A DNA stretch of 64,000 bases, taken from positions 305,848-369,847 of the forward strand of contig NW_005434602.1 of the NCBI RefSeq assembly GCF_000315625.1. Direction: 5' to 3'. Origin of the DNA: Guillardia theta CCMP2712. Lineage: Eukaryota; Protista; Cryptophyta. The translations under genes were made by a program, and so were the position numbers. This document shows positions 46,612-57,859 of the stretch, piece by piece. Every line of letters starts with the position of its first letter. Positions within the stretch are counted from its first letter, which is position 1. Below the pieces are notes generated by a model, which made no database searches, had not been told where the DNA came from, and worked only from the letters and a program-made list of their open reading frames with translations.

Positions 46612-48695
46612 ATGCAACACGAGAGAGAGCTAGGGAAGCGGAGGCGGGGCGAGGAGGGCACCGCAGCCGAAGACACTCACAACTCATGCAACGGCATCCT
46701 TCGAGAGGTGGTTGATCTGAAGGACAGAGAGAAGCTGGGCACCGCAGCCGAAGACGCTCGCAACTCGTACAACGACATCCTTCGAGAGGTGGTTGATCTG
46801 AAGGACAAAGAGAAGCTGGGCACCGGGGGACGAGACAGGCTCTTCAAGATTGTGCGGAGCAACCTCGCGAGCTGGAGGATTGTCAAGATCGGGGTGAAGG
46901 CGCTTCACTCGCACCTATCCGAGGACGGTCTCTTCAGCGCGGCAGATGAGCTGCGCGGCAGCGAGATGTACGGGGCACTCAAGCAGGTGTGGGCGAGCTA
47001 CCTGGGCGTCCCCGAGAGCGGACTCAGCACCAAGGAGAGATCTTCTCTGCTGTCCATGCTCTTGAAGTTGATCATGGGGGTGCTTAAGGACAGGAAGGCG
47101 AGGTCGGAGTGCCTTGATCTGGAGGAGAATCAATTTCTCATCTGCGCCTCTTTGGAGTACATATCGGTCTGCCGCCCATTCCCCAGGGGCGTGGCCGGGG
47201 TGCTTGCCTTTCTGGATCAGCTGGCCGGGGACCGCTCCCTGGTGGTTGGCAACCGGGACATCTCGTATCTCAACAGGCGGCTGGTCGAGCACTTCATGCG
47301 CTTGGTTCAGGTCTACCGCGGGAAGGGTGGCGTCCTGTTGAAGCTGTTTTGGCTGATGGATGATCTCTCGCTGTTTGCGGAGAGCAGCGCGCTGCTTCTT
47401 AAGTCTGGGAGGTATGTGCTCGAGATCATGGAGAATCCGGATGATTCCATTTTGTTCTCCACGTTGCACAAGGAGTTCGCGAAACTCTGCGCACGAAGCT
47501 CTGAGTTCCGGGATTTGATGTTCGATGAAGGGCGCTTGAAGTCAGTGGGCACGCTTCTGGAGAATGACAAAGACAAGGGCGGGATGTTGTCCCTTTACCA
47601 GTTTCTGATCTACTGGAAGTTCCTCTCGAGCTTGGATGACATGCAGCTCATGTTCGACACATATAGGGGGTTGAACGATTTCTTAGTTGGCCTTGTCCGC
47701 CGTTCGGTGCTTTGCATTCTCTCCCAGGAAAGCCAGGGCGTGATGTCGACGTTTGGGGTCACGTTCAGCTTTGGCAATTTCCTGATGGAGGCTGAGTCAT
47801 ACCTCGCGCGATCCCCGGAGGCCTGCAGGAAGCTTCACGTTGTGTTTCCGTACACCTCTCTTTTTTCCGCCATGGAGTGCCTCCCCCTTGCTGTCAATGA
47901 GGAGCTCAAGGAGGAGCTCAAGAGCTCGGGTTCGGATGAAATCCTCATCCGGGTCCATGTTGGCCTGTTGAAACTCGGCAAGATGGTGCTCTCAGAGATG
48001 CGGCAGCTGGATATCAATCGGGCTGTGGCCCTCGATGCGAGCGTCCAATGGCTCCTGTGGTGTTGTGACAGCGGGATCAGCGTCTGTGCCGTGTTGCAGA
48101 AACTCGTTACAACTCGCCGGGCCAAGGAGAGCCTCGAGAGGGCTCTCCTCCAGAAGACCAAGGACTGGGTCAAGGAGAGAAATGACAATGACAAGAACAA
48201 GAAGGAGTTCTTCGAACAGCGGATGGATCTGTTGGATCAGATCCAGGATGCGAACCGTTCGATCGTGAAATGCTGCAAGTGCGGCCGGGTAATTCAGTGC
48301 TTTCCCCTGTTTTGTGCTGCTGTGCGTCTCACGTCTTCGTTTTGTGCTGCACGTCTTCGTTTTTGCTGCCCTGTTTTGTGCTGCTGTGCGTCTCACGTCT
48401 TCGTTTTGTGCTGCACGTCTTCGTTTTGTGCTGCCCTGTTTTGTGCTGCCCTGTTTTGTGCTGCTGTGCGTCTCACGTCTTCGTTTTGTGCTGCACGTCT
48501 TCGTTTTGTGCTGCCCTGTTTTGTGCTGCCCTGTTTTGTGCTGCTGTGCGTCTCACGTCTTCGTCTCCTTAGGGTTGCTCGAAGATTGTCCTGGCCTGCG
48601 GCCATGCCGTCACGTGCGAGACCTGTGAATTGAACTTGGACATTCACAAGTGCTGCCCTTATTGCGGTGGAAACATCGATGCGATCAAGAGGTGA
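46612..48695 (+). CDS. Helical-repeat protein with C-terminal C3HC4 RING finger (putative E3 ubiquitin ligase); exons 46612-48288 and 48573-48695
   Basis: Removing the phase-0 GT..AG intron 48289-48572 gives CCKCGRGCSKIVLACGHAVTCETCELNLDIHKCCPYCGGNI. Confidence 0.8.
48305..48565. repeat. Intronic minisatellite (ttttgtgctgc / cacgtcttcg units)
   Basis: Directly visible; explains the low-complexity tail of the 673-aa ORF. Confidence 0.9.
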
Positions 48696-48889
48696 TGCAT
48701 CTGCAGGGCTGTGGGGGGAGGTGTGACTCTGATCTGTGATCTAGGATCTTCATCAAGGCAAAGGAGGATTGAATGAGGTGCTTCTGCAGGGGGCTGTGGG
48801 TGATAGAGAGGATAAATAAGGAACACCAGCATTTGCTCAGACAAGTATATATGTGTCCCAAGCATAAAGCATAAAGCTCATCGCAAAGG

Positions 48890-50392
48890 ATGTCTCTTGT
48901 GCCGATGTCAACGCATCCTTCCTTCTGTCCCAGAGCCGACCCTCTGGGCATCCCTGCCATCCGTCCAATGGTTGATTTTTCTGGTCGTGGAGTGGGCAAT
49001 GCCATGACCCCGCTGCCCCCCTTGGATTTGCCGACACCTGTCATGGGAATGCACAAGAATGAAACCCCCCGTTTTGTTCCATCGGGGGGGCTCCCGGAGA
49101 ATGCCCCCGCTGTCTGGAGGAGCAGCGCCCCGGCTCTGATGCAGCCCCCTGTGTGGGGGGGCAACACCCCCGCTCTCATGCAGCCCGCTCTCATGCAGCC
49201 CCCTGTGTGGGGGGGCAACGCCCCCGCTCTCATGCAGCCCGCTCTCATGCAGCCCCTGGGCCTCCCGGAGAATGCCCCCGCTCTGATTCAGCCCGTGGGG
49301 CTCCCAGGCAATGCCCCCGCTGTCTGGAGGAGCAACGCCCCCGCTCTCATGCAGCCCCTGGGGCTCCCGGAGAATGCCCCCGCTCTGATTCAGCCCGTGG
49401 GGCTCCCAGGCAATGCCCCCGCTGTCTGGAGGAGCAATGCCCCCGCTCTCATGCAGCCCCCTCTGATGCAGCCCCCTCTGGTGCAGCCCGCTTTTGACGC
49501 TGGATTAGTAACGGATCCCTTGCAGGCAGCGTTTGACCCGTTGAATATTGCTGACGCATCCTCCGAATCCTCCACATCCTCCGAGTCCTCCACATCCTCC
49601 GAGTCCTCCGCATCCTCCGAGTCCTCCGAGCATTCCGATGCTTCTGATGGAGAACCAAGTGATGCGCTCCCAACCAAGAGAAGACGTAAACGGAGTCAAA
49701 GGGATGTTTTGAATCCGGGCGGAAATCTGAGTCAGGCCAATCAGAAGCGGGACACGAATGACTTGAACTTGTTGAAGAAAGTCCTCAATAGCCAGGATGT
49801 CAATGAAATGGAGGAAATCTCAATCAGAGCAAAAACCATACTCAGTCTTTTGAGGGAATACGTCAGAAGAGGCGAAGATGGCAGCGGGAGGAGGGCTGTA
49901 GATTACGTCAAAGCGCTCATGTTGGGGAAGAAAGGGGAGGGCTTTGACTCGCTCTTCATTTACGCCCTTGTGGGCGTCTTTGTGTTTCGATGCATGCTTG
50001 AGGAGAGTCAAATCTTCCCCGGGACGAGTATTTGCAGCGGGATAGGGAAACGTAACGCTTTGGAGGTCTTGAAATTGATCGAGGAAAACCCGGTTTTCGT
50101 TTGGGGTCACGAGACTAAGTTCAAGAGTCTTCTAGAGTTGACCAGAGACCTTGCCCAAGTCATTAGTGATCTGTTGAAGTTCCGTCTCCCGGCGGTGGAC
50201 GGGGATGTTGTCGAGGCCAAGAAGCAGTCTAGAAAACTGGTGGAAGCTAAGGAGAAGGATTGGGAGATCCAAATGTTATCCATGAAGCATTCCATAGAAA
50301 AGCTTGCTTTGAGGAGCGGAAAGGGAGTCATGCAATGGAATCGCTGGAACTATTCTGTGCCGGGGCATATGAACATCCCTGTCTGGAGGTGA
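48890..50392 (+). CDS. 500-aa protein: Pro/Gln repeats (NAPALMQP), Ser/Glu tract, KRRRKR NLS, helical C-terminal domain
   Basis: Intronless ORF with transcription-regulator-like architecture. Confidence 0.7.
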   Translation: MSLVPMSTHPSFCPRADPLGIPAIRPMVDFSGRGVGNAMTPLPPLDLPTPVMGMHKNETPRFVPSGGLPENAPAVWRSSAPALMQPPVWGGNTPALMQPALMQPPVWGGNAPALMQPALMQPLGLPENAPALIQPVGLPGNAPAVWRSNAPALMQPLGLPENAPALIQPVGLPGNAPAVWRSNAPALMQPPLMQPPLVQPAFDAGLVTDPLQAAFDPLNIADASSESSTSSESSTSSESSASSESSEHSDASDGEPSDALPTKRRRKRSQRDVLNPGGNLSQANQKRDTNDLNLLKKVLNSQDVNEMEEISIRAKTILSLLREYVRRGEDGSGRRAVDYVKALMLGKKGEGFDSLFIYALVGVFVFRCMLEESQIFPGTSICSGIGKRNALEVLKLIEENPVFVWGHETKFKSLLELTRDLAQVISDLLKFRLPAVDGDVVEAKKQSRKLVEAKEKDWEIQMLSMKHSIEKLALRSGKGVMQWNRWNYSVPGHMNIPVWR

Positions 50393-50439
50393 TCGGGTTT
50401 TTTTTAAAAAAGATTGCTTCTTTTTTATTTTCCCCCTAA

Positions 50440-52589
50440 CCTTTATACGTCAAAAGGATTCCACAAGGAATTCCAAATTCCAAATCACAAATTCGTCTCC
50501 TAAACTCGTGGTGAGTATTGTACCTCCAGTGGTAATATTTTCTTGGGGTTGGTTTTATTTTCTTGAAAAAAAATATAAAAGGTGATGAATACGACAAACT
50601 CAAAAGCTGAGTCAGCGAACCAAAACATGTCTTGATTCATGCCGAGGAAACGAAAAGAACCACTCAACGATTCGACATCTGAGCGTGTTGAAAAGTACAA
50701 CACATTCAAATGTTGTCTTGTGAAACACTTGAAAGAAAAGAGACTTTTCCCTGTCATTGAAGAATGGGTCAGGCATATTAGTCAGATCATGCATCGTGGT
50801 AGCCTCATTTTCAATCATTTTTTGATCTGGTGCCTTGAACGAGGGTATACTCCGGAATTGAAGGATCAATCGTTTTTTTACAGGTGTTTTCTTCTTGGAA
50901 CTAACGAGAGAAAAGATATCAAACTTAGAGAGCCAAAAGATGGTAAAAAAGACAAAAGACAACAACAACAGGGTTATCGCGATCTGTTACGTTCGTTCTG
51001 GGAGGAAAAACATTCGACTTATGATGAATATCAAATCAATCGCATCAAAGGAGACTGGCAAGCAATAATGTATGCAATACATCAATACATGACAAATCTC
51101 AAGATGTATTTGGCATATACCATCAATTCAAGGCAACTCCGATACATCAATGAATGGACTGAATCACAAAGGAGTAAATTCGACATGCCAAACTCTGAAT
51201 GGAAAGACTTTCAACGCACTATCCGTTGTGCTATCAATGGGTGGGAATTCCCACCGTTAAGCTGTCTTGGGCAAGAAGATGTATCGCTATTCATACAAGA
51301 ACAGAGACTTATTTTGGGATTACAGATGAATCAATTCGTATCATTCAATCAGGCTCATCTCAAGTCATATCCTCGGTGGTATGAAACTCATCAGAATGAG
51401 CTACTTCGGTATCAATACATGATGCTGTCTTTTTTTGAGGAGCAAGGGACCAAAACATATTCATTGGCTCCGGTTTGTTCAATCAAGAGTCATTTCATCA
51501 ACATTGATAAGACAATACTACCGTATATGTTGAAAAAGCTTGATTTGACAGTCATTGAAATGGATGAAATTCAAATGAAAGATGCATTCAAATGTGAAAG
51601 ATATGAAAAGAATGGGAAAAAGTTGAAACGAGTCCAAACAGATGGGGTCGCGCTTTGTTTCCATTTCGTAAAGGAAGAGATTAGAGAAAAACAAGACCAG
51701 CCTAAGAAAAAGAAGGCCAAGTATGGGAAACAATGCTGTCAGAGCGATGAAAAGAAAGCAGAACATGATGAAGAACAGGTCGTTCGAAAACAAAATCTTC
51801 GAGGAGGGAGAGTGATTGCGATTGATCCTGGTCGAACTGTCTTGATTTGTGGTATTGAAGACGGTGCCGATAAAAAATTCCGCTTCAGTCGAAATCAATA
51901 CTATCAGGAATCTCACATAAAGAGGAATGAGCGGAGGTCAAGAAAATGGGGCATTGAGATACAAGAAATCAATAATAGATTGAGTAACGCTTCTTTGAAA
52001 ACATGCAAAATGGATGTCTTTGAGCACAATATCCGGGTTGTCTTGGATGTCAGAACAAAATGTTTCGAACATCATTGCAAACGAAGAGAGGCTCTACTCA
52101 GAATGGATAACTTCATTCACAAAAACAGAGTCGTTGATCGTTTTCTGAACACAATGCAAACAAAGGATCAGGAAGAACCAACACTTGCGTATGGTGATGG
52201 TTCGTTCAATTCAACGGGGAGGGGAGAGAAGATGGCACCCGTGAAGTGGATCAAGGAAAAATGTAAAAAACGGTTCAAAAGGTTTGTTGAGATCGATGAG
52301 CATTTCACAACAGCAAAATGCAATCGTTGTGGAGAAAGACTATATGATTTTAGGCGACACTCAATGCGAAGAAAAGGGATACACAACACGCGAAAAACGT
52401 GTGTTCGAGGATTGAAATGGTGTTCTTCCACCAGATGTTTCAAGTCTCCATTTGTATCCCGGGACGTCAATGCAACCATGAATATTCTACTTTGTTTCAA
52501 GTCACTTCCTCAAAGACCTGGATTTCTGCAAAGACCTCTGTATCATCGCCCTCAATAGTCACTGACTATTGGGGGTCATCAAGAGAAAC
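50440..52589 (+). mobile_element. Fanzor element (left end to omegaRNA scaffold end), no transposase
   Basis: Left end CCTTTATACGTCAAAAGGATTCC after CTAA; boundaries defined by homology with the ghost. Confidence 0.85.
50639..52558 (+). CDS. Fz1: Fanzor1 (eukaryotic TnpB-like RNA-guided endonuclease), catalytic triad intact
   Basis: TDGVAL; RuvC-I IAIDPG; YGDGSF..GRGEKMAP; RuvC-II IDEHFTT; Zn ribbon CNRC...CSSTRC; RuvC-III SRDVNATMNI; N-terminal PRKRK. Confidence 0.93.
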   Translation: MPRKRKEPLNDSTSERVEKYNTFKCCLVKHLKEKRLFPVIEEWVRHISQIMHRGSLIFNHFLIWCLERGYTPELKDQSFFYRCFLLGTNERKDIKLREPKDGKKDKRQQQQGYRDLLRSFWEEKHSTYDEYQINRIKGDWQAIMYAIHQYMTNLKMYLAYTINSRQLRYINEWTESQRSKFDMPNSEWKDFQRTIRCAINGWEFPPLSCLGQEDVSLFIQEQRLILGLQMNQFVSFNQAHLKSYPRWYETHQNELLRYQYMMLSFFEEQGTKTYSLAPVCSIKSHFINIDKTILPYMLKKLDLTVIEMDEIQMKDAFKCERYEKNGKKLKRVQTDGVALCFHFVKEEIREKQDQPKKKKAKYGKQCCQSDEKKAEHDEEQVVRKQNLRGGRVIAIDPGRTVLICGIEDGADKKFRFSRNQYYQESHIKRNERRSRKWGIEIQEINNRLSNASLKTCKMDVFEHNIRVVLDVRTKCFEHHCKRREALLRMDNFIHKNRVVDRFLNTMQTKDQEEPTLAYGDGSFNSTGRGEKMAPVKWIKEKCKKRFKRFVEIDEHFTTAKCNRCGERLYDFRRHSMRRKGIHNTRKTCVRGLKWCSSTRCFKSPFVSRDVNATMNILLCFKSLPQRPGFLQRPLYHRPQ

Positions 52590-52610
52590 GGTGGGACCCC
52601 ACCTTCCCCC
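52360..52610 (+). ncRNA. Predicted omegaRNA overlapping the Fanzor 3' end (guide starting GGTGGGACCCCACCTTCCCC at 52590); 5' end unknown
   Basis: Hairpin CCCTCAATAGTC-ACT-GACTATTGGGGG spanning the stop codon; TnpB/Fanzor omegaRNAs are known to lie at the ORF 3' end; boundary taken from the ghost alignment. Confidence 0.7.
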
Positions 52611-53618
52611 TCCGTGGGGGTGGGATCCCACCTTCCCTAATGACTTATTAAAAAGGGTAACCACCTATCACTAATCAGTACCCCTCTCAGACTCTGCAGG
52701 GTCGCTCGGAGTATCCGATAGTACCCCTGTGTGATACTATTTTTTGGACCCCACCGTCCAGATCTCCCGTACCTACCCCTCAGATCAAGTTACTGAGTAT
52801 GTTAACTCAATAACAATGTACCCACCCACATCGACCTCCATAAATGGGCACGCCCCCGGTGGTAAAAACGGGAACCAGTGACCCAGGGCTACCCTACCAC
52901 TTCCCTCCTACCCCTACCCCTGTTCACTGATGGTACACTTTCGAAATCCAAGGGTGCTTCTTCCGGTCCTCCGGTGAAAAACATTGTCAGTGGAGACTAT
53001 GAATTCCTAGGACCTGATCTCATACCTTCTAGGCGTTCCGTCTGCACAGAAGTGTACCACCCCCACCCACTCGCATCTCGGTCAATCTAGAACCCCTACC
53101 CCTTCGAACAGCTCTTGAACACAAACACGTCCCCCGGGTGGTCCATGGCACAAAGCGGGGATAAGGAATTGGGGAGAATCGTATGCAACGATGTCGGTGG
53201 AACAATGGCGGGAGAGTCTGGAGAGGACTATGAAGTCTATTGGAAGGGGATGGAGAGTACAGATGGTTACGGACGGAAGAGAGGATGGATGGGTTCACAT
53301 AAATGGGTGAAGGAACAGGCCAGTAATAATCCAGAAAGCTTCAGTTCGTTAGAAAGAAGCATTATGGAAAATGAGATGTTTGATGATTGCCTGGAAGTGA
53401 TTGGAGGAGAGAATCTGTTGATTTGATAATTGTTGATGCATGCAGAATGAGTTGACTAACTCATTCTTTCATATTCCCCTTGTCCGTCAAAAATGATTTT
53501 TGGTTGTTTTTCTCCGCAGCCTGCAAACTGATGGATTTGTTCGTTCAGACTCGTACTCGCACATTACAGAATTGCCAAGATTCATCCCACAGAGCCTTCA
53601 GACGAAGTGAGGGACATC

Positions 53619-56600
53619 ATGTCGCAAAACACTCGGTTGTATCCGAATGCAGACGACTCCTCAAGTTCACCTACTGGAACAAAATCAGGGTGAGACTGCC
53701 ACTCGGCACTTTTCACGATTCACTGAGCACTTAATAGGAATTCTTACGACGAAGAAGTCATGGCCGGATCCGACAATCCAACGGACTTTGACTTGTCGTA
53801 TGCCGTGAAGGCGTCGTCAGAGAAGCTTCCGGTGGCGGAAGCAACACTGCTGTATGCAGACACCTCGCCATCGGACCTCAAAACTCCGTCTGGGGCTGAC
53901 CCCGATGAGATTCCTCAAGCGTTCACCATGAATGAAAAGTTCAACTCAGGCTCGGTGCATGATTGATGTTAGGTTGGTTCAATGGCTTACACTTGTTTTG
54001 CAGAGGAGGTCCAGCATGACGGCCGAAGGAGAAGACTGGGATAACGTTCACGGGTACTTGTCGTCTCTGTCTCATCCATGCATTCTGACATTCTATCAAG
54101 AATCACTGGAAGGCTCGTTAGATTTGCACATGATCACTACTACTTGACCTTCCTGTAATGATTATGATCAAATCTTGACGCGCACGTTCATTACATGCGC
54201 AGGATCTTCCTTGTTTTTGTCATAGTAACTTCAGCTGTTATTTTCATTGCCCCAACGGACCCTCGGTGTGCACAGTCTGGGCCACAATTCACGGTCATTC
54301 TCGAACGTTTGGCATGGCTGCTCGTGTTTTGACGATTAGCACAGGTATGCAAGCAGTCCAATCATGACTGGGAGGTGAGCTACTCGATGGTATCCAGATA
54401 CAAAGATGCTGTAAATCAGGTGAGGTTTAGTTGTGATGGCCTCTCTTGAGCCATTGTCCTCTACGTTGAAATCAATCTTTGCAACTCATATCACTGCAGT
54501 TGATGAACCGAGGAGCTGTCAATTACAACTTTCTTCTTGGAGCAAGTGCGATCTCAAAGGTGCAGGCCTTCTCCTTAGTTCACCTCTAAGATGCGCTGAT
54601 ACTTCTTTGCAGACAAAAGCGCTGTCGCAGCCATCAGAGGATGCGGCATTGACTCTGTTGTATTACTGGAAAGATGCCGTTGTGAAGCAGAATGTCAATA
54701 TTTTTACACCAACTACTGTCAAAGACATGTGCGAAATTCAGAGATTGTTTGTGAGCCATCCCTTCTACCCAAAGCTATGTCAAAGATCAAATGGCAACTG
54801 TGTACAACCTTACAGTGTGGTACAGCAGTTCTACAAGGTTGTCCACTGGTTTGCGTGTTGCAATTTGTTACTGAAATTTTATGCTTGACAGGCAGGAGGA
54901 GATTGCACGTTACTGACAGACAGTGAAGTCCAGCAGAAGGCGAAGGATCTCCTCAATCCTGCAAACCCTCTACTGGGATTCTTTGTATCGTCTGAGGCAG
55001 GATCGAAAGGCTTCACCAACACCACTCGTGCTCTCTTGTCTCTTGGTGCACCCCTGCCGGGCTTCAAGGATGCGGCTGAGGACAAGGATGTACAGCAAAA
55101 CATCTATCAGAGCGTCTTCTTTGAAGACTTTACATGTCCTGTACCAAAATGGTTGAAAGATACGAAGTTTCTGAACCCAGACTTCTGCAATGGAAGAAAA
55201 GATGGTGAGGTCATCAAAGGACTGGAATCTCAATTGTTCGAGAAGTTCAACATGGAAGGATTCCCCAAATCGGGCCAGTACAAGGGAGCATTCAGGTCTC
55301 CGTACCTCGGTGCTTCACCTCATGAGGAGATCTCTTCTTCTGAAGTGATGGAAGTCCGTTGGTATTCCAACATCATTCAAACGATGGAATTTGCAAGGGT
55401 AGTGAACGGAGATTTGAATTTTGCTATCCTCTCCATCTCCGTTGTGTACCTATACATTGCGTATCATACGAAATCTTTCTTCTTAGCCTCTATGTTCATG
55501 TTTCAGATTATTATCTCACTTCCTGTTGGTTATTTCGTATACTACAACATTGGACAGATCCATTTCTATTCTCAAGTGAATATTCTTGCAATTTATTTGG
55601 CCTTGGGCATTGGAGCAGATAGTGTCTTCGTGCTGTACGATTGCTGGCAACAGAGTGAAACAGATCCAAGTATAAAAACAACCTTGGGAAGGCTGAACTA
55701 CAGTCATAACAGGACGATGATTGCTTGTTTCAACACGACTTCTAGTACAGTAATGTCCTTTGTTGCCACGGCAATCACACCAGTAATGCCCATCGAATGC
55801 TTTGCGATATTCGCATCCTTGGTTTTGATCATGAACTACATTTTCATGGTCACTGTTGCGCCAGCAATCATTATGATATACTACGTTCACTTCGAGGACC
55901 TCGGGGGCTTCTGCTGCTACTGCTCACGCTCGTGCACGGGTCGCTGCGGACCAAAGGAACCTGGAGTCACGACACACCTGTCAAAGCTGCGCGAGAAAGA
56001 TGCTTTGTACCGTTGCAGCTGTTATGCAAAGGTGGAGAGCGATACCGTGGAAAACGGAAATCCCTCAGAAGCTTTCAACGAACGAGAACTTCGTGCTGCC
56101 GAGCGATTTTTCAGTGACCATTTTTCGAAGCTCATCATTGGCTTTGATCTTCAGCCAGGGAAATACAAGCCTCTGGCATACTTCTTTCTCGCAGCTATCA
56201 CCGGTTACTCGATATACATGGCAACCCAAGCATTCCAGCTGACTCCACCCAAGGCTCAGGAAGAATGGTTCCCACCGAATCACATGTTCAACAAAGAACT
56301 GATGAGCAGACTTGCGCATAATTGGAAGGCTGGTGCCAACTCAGATTACATGGAAATTGTCGTCGTTTTTGGTGTGGAAACAGTAGATCGAAGCAACTTC
56401 AGCGCATTTTATCCTGCGTACAATCGTGGAGGGGTGAGTCTTGTAGTTCCACTTTTTCAATCTGACCCTTCACACCTAGGTTGTCTTTGACAAGGAATTC
56501 GATTTCTCGTCCAAGGACTCACAAAAATTCTTCCTCCGAGTCTGCAAGGAAATTGAAACGTTGAAATGCGGAAAGGGCGGCTGTGGTTCCAACATGCTGC

Positions 56601-57553
56601 GGCAAGGCCAATCACCATACTGCGTCTTTCAGGATATGTTGAAATTCTACAACAACGAAACAAAATCAAATGTGGAATATTTCCCCTCGAAGAAGGAGAT
56701 GATCGATACCTACACCAAGATGGCGCAAGCAAATTCCGACAAAAACAATCCTGATAAGTATCTTGAATATTCGATGGGAATCGAACAAGGCACGAATGGC
56801 TTGGAAATTAAGTGGGCGATGATACCGTTCATGTCTTCCATCCTCAGCCCGCTGCCAAACGCAGAAGCTCACGACATCTACTCGGTGTTGGAGAAGTGGA
56901 TCGAAGGCCTTCGCAAGGATGCTCCTGCTGGCATGAAGACTGTCTTCCAGACGGATACTCAAGTTGCCGCGCTAGGCTGGACCTGGATGAAGGTTGAGGA
57001 TGCGCTGGTGTACAACCTGCTGCAAGGGTTCGCCATGTGCTTCCCCGTCGTTTTCGTTATCTTGATCTTTGCTACTGGGAACGTCATAATCTCCTTCTAC
57101 TCCATCGTCACCATCGCCTTCATCGTCGTGGGTGTGCTCGGCTCTGCCAAGGGCTACGCGGGATGGAGTCTGGGAGTGGCAGAGTCGATCGCAGGCGTCA
57201 TCGTCATCGGTTTCTCTGTTGACTACACGGTCCATCTCGGCCACATGTACAAGGAGGCGCGATCTTGCCACACCAAGGAGGAGAAGATCCGTTACGCGCT
57301 AACTTACATGGGCACGACAGTGGTGGGAGGAGGCATGACGACTCTGTTGGCGGGACTCATGCTGTACCTGTGCACGCTGACCTTCTTCACTAAGATGGCT
57401 TCTCTGCTCGTGTGGACCATCCTTTACTCCACCTTCTACTCCCTCTTCTTCTTCACCAGCCTCTGCGCTGTGGCTGGTCCTGTGGGCTCTTTCGGGTCGA
57501 TCGAAGTTTGTACCGACTTCGTCAAGAGGAAGTTGAGGGGTAGGGGAAGTTGA
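53619..57553 (+). CDS. Dispatched/Patched-like sterol-sensing-domain RND membrane protein, multi-exon; start approximate
   Basis: Two TM clusters with ALGIGADSVFVL and GFSVDYTVH motifs; LTYMGTTVVGGGMTT; short introns. Confidence 0.85.
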
Positions 57554-57859
57554 GCGGAGCGAGTCTTGTTGTCTAAGTTGTGTATAAAGCTGAATGAGAA
57601 GGGGAGGCCGCCTTGTTCTTGTACAGATGTTTCACTCGGTACAGGTTGAGGAAGACAGGTCGGTAGAAGCGAAACTGACCGAGGGAAGTCCTTCTTCCTC
57701 CTCCTCTCCCCTCGTCCTGCCACCTCCCACCTGCCTTCCCAGCTGCGAGTCAGATTTGCCCAGCAGCTCCGCAACATCACAAGACAACCCGAGAGCTGTA
57801 AATCTGCATCCATGTTAGCAAGGCCTGACCTGGGGATGGTTGTTTACCCCCTTCGAAGA

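Larger units (their letters stand above)
26700..53430. mobile_element. Foreign accessory island (composite of DNA elements or endogenous virus-like DNA); boundaries approximate
   Basis: Drop in GC, compact mostly intronless orphan ORFs, virus-associated domains (GIY-YIG/Zn knuckle, GNAT, RING), long-unit repeat arrays and Fanzor, flanked by ordinary host genes. No capsid, polB or integrase recognised. Confidence 0.7.

Noticed and set aside
48289-48633. Cys/Phe-rich C-terminus of the 673-aa ORF
   Set aside because: Read-through of an intronic minisatellite; the spliced form gives a canonical RING
50440-50460. Helitron2-type assignment based on the 5'-terminal hairpin CCTTT..AAAGG
   Set aside because: No matching asymmetric inverted repeat seen before the 3' hairpin and no RepHel gene; superfamily left unassigned
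52878-53426. Possible degenerate retroelement RNase H (LFTDG) or gene remnant at the island's right edge
   Set aside because: Only one short motif, several stops, and no supporting RT or RNase H residues
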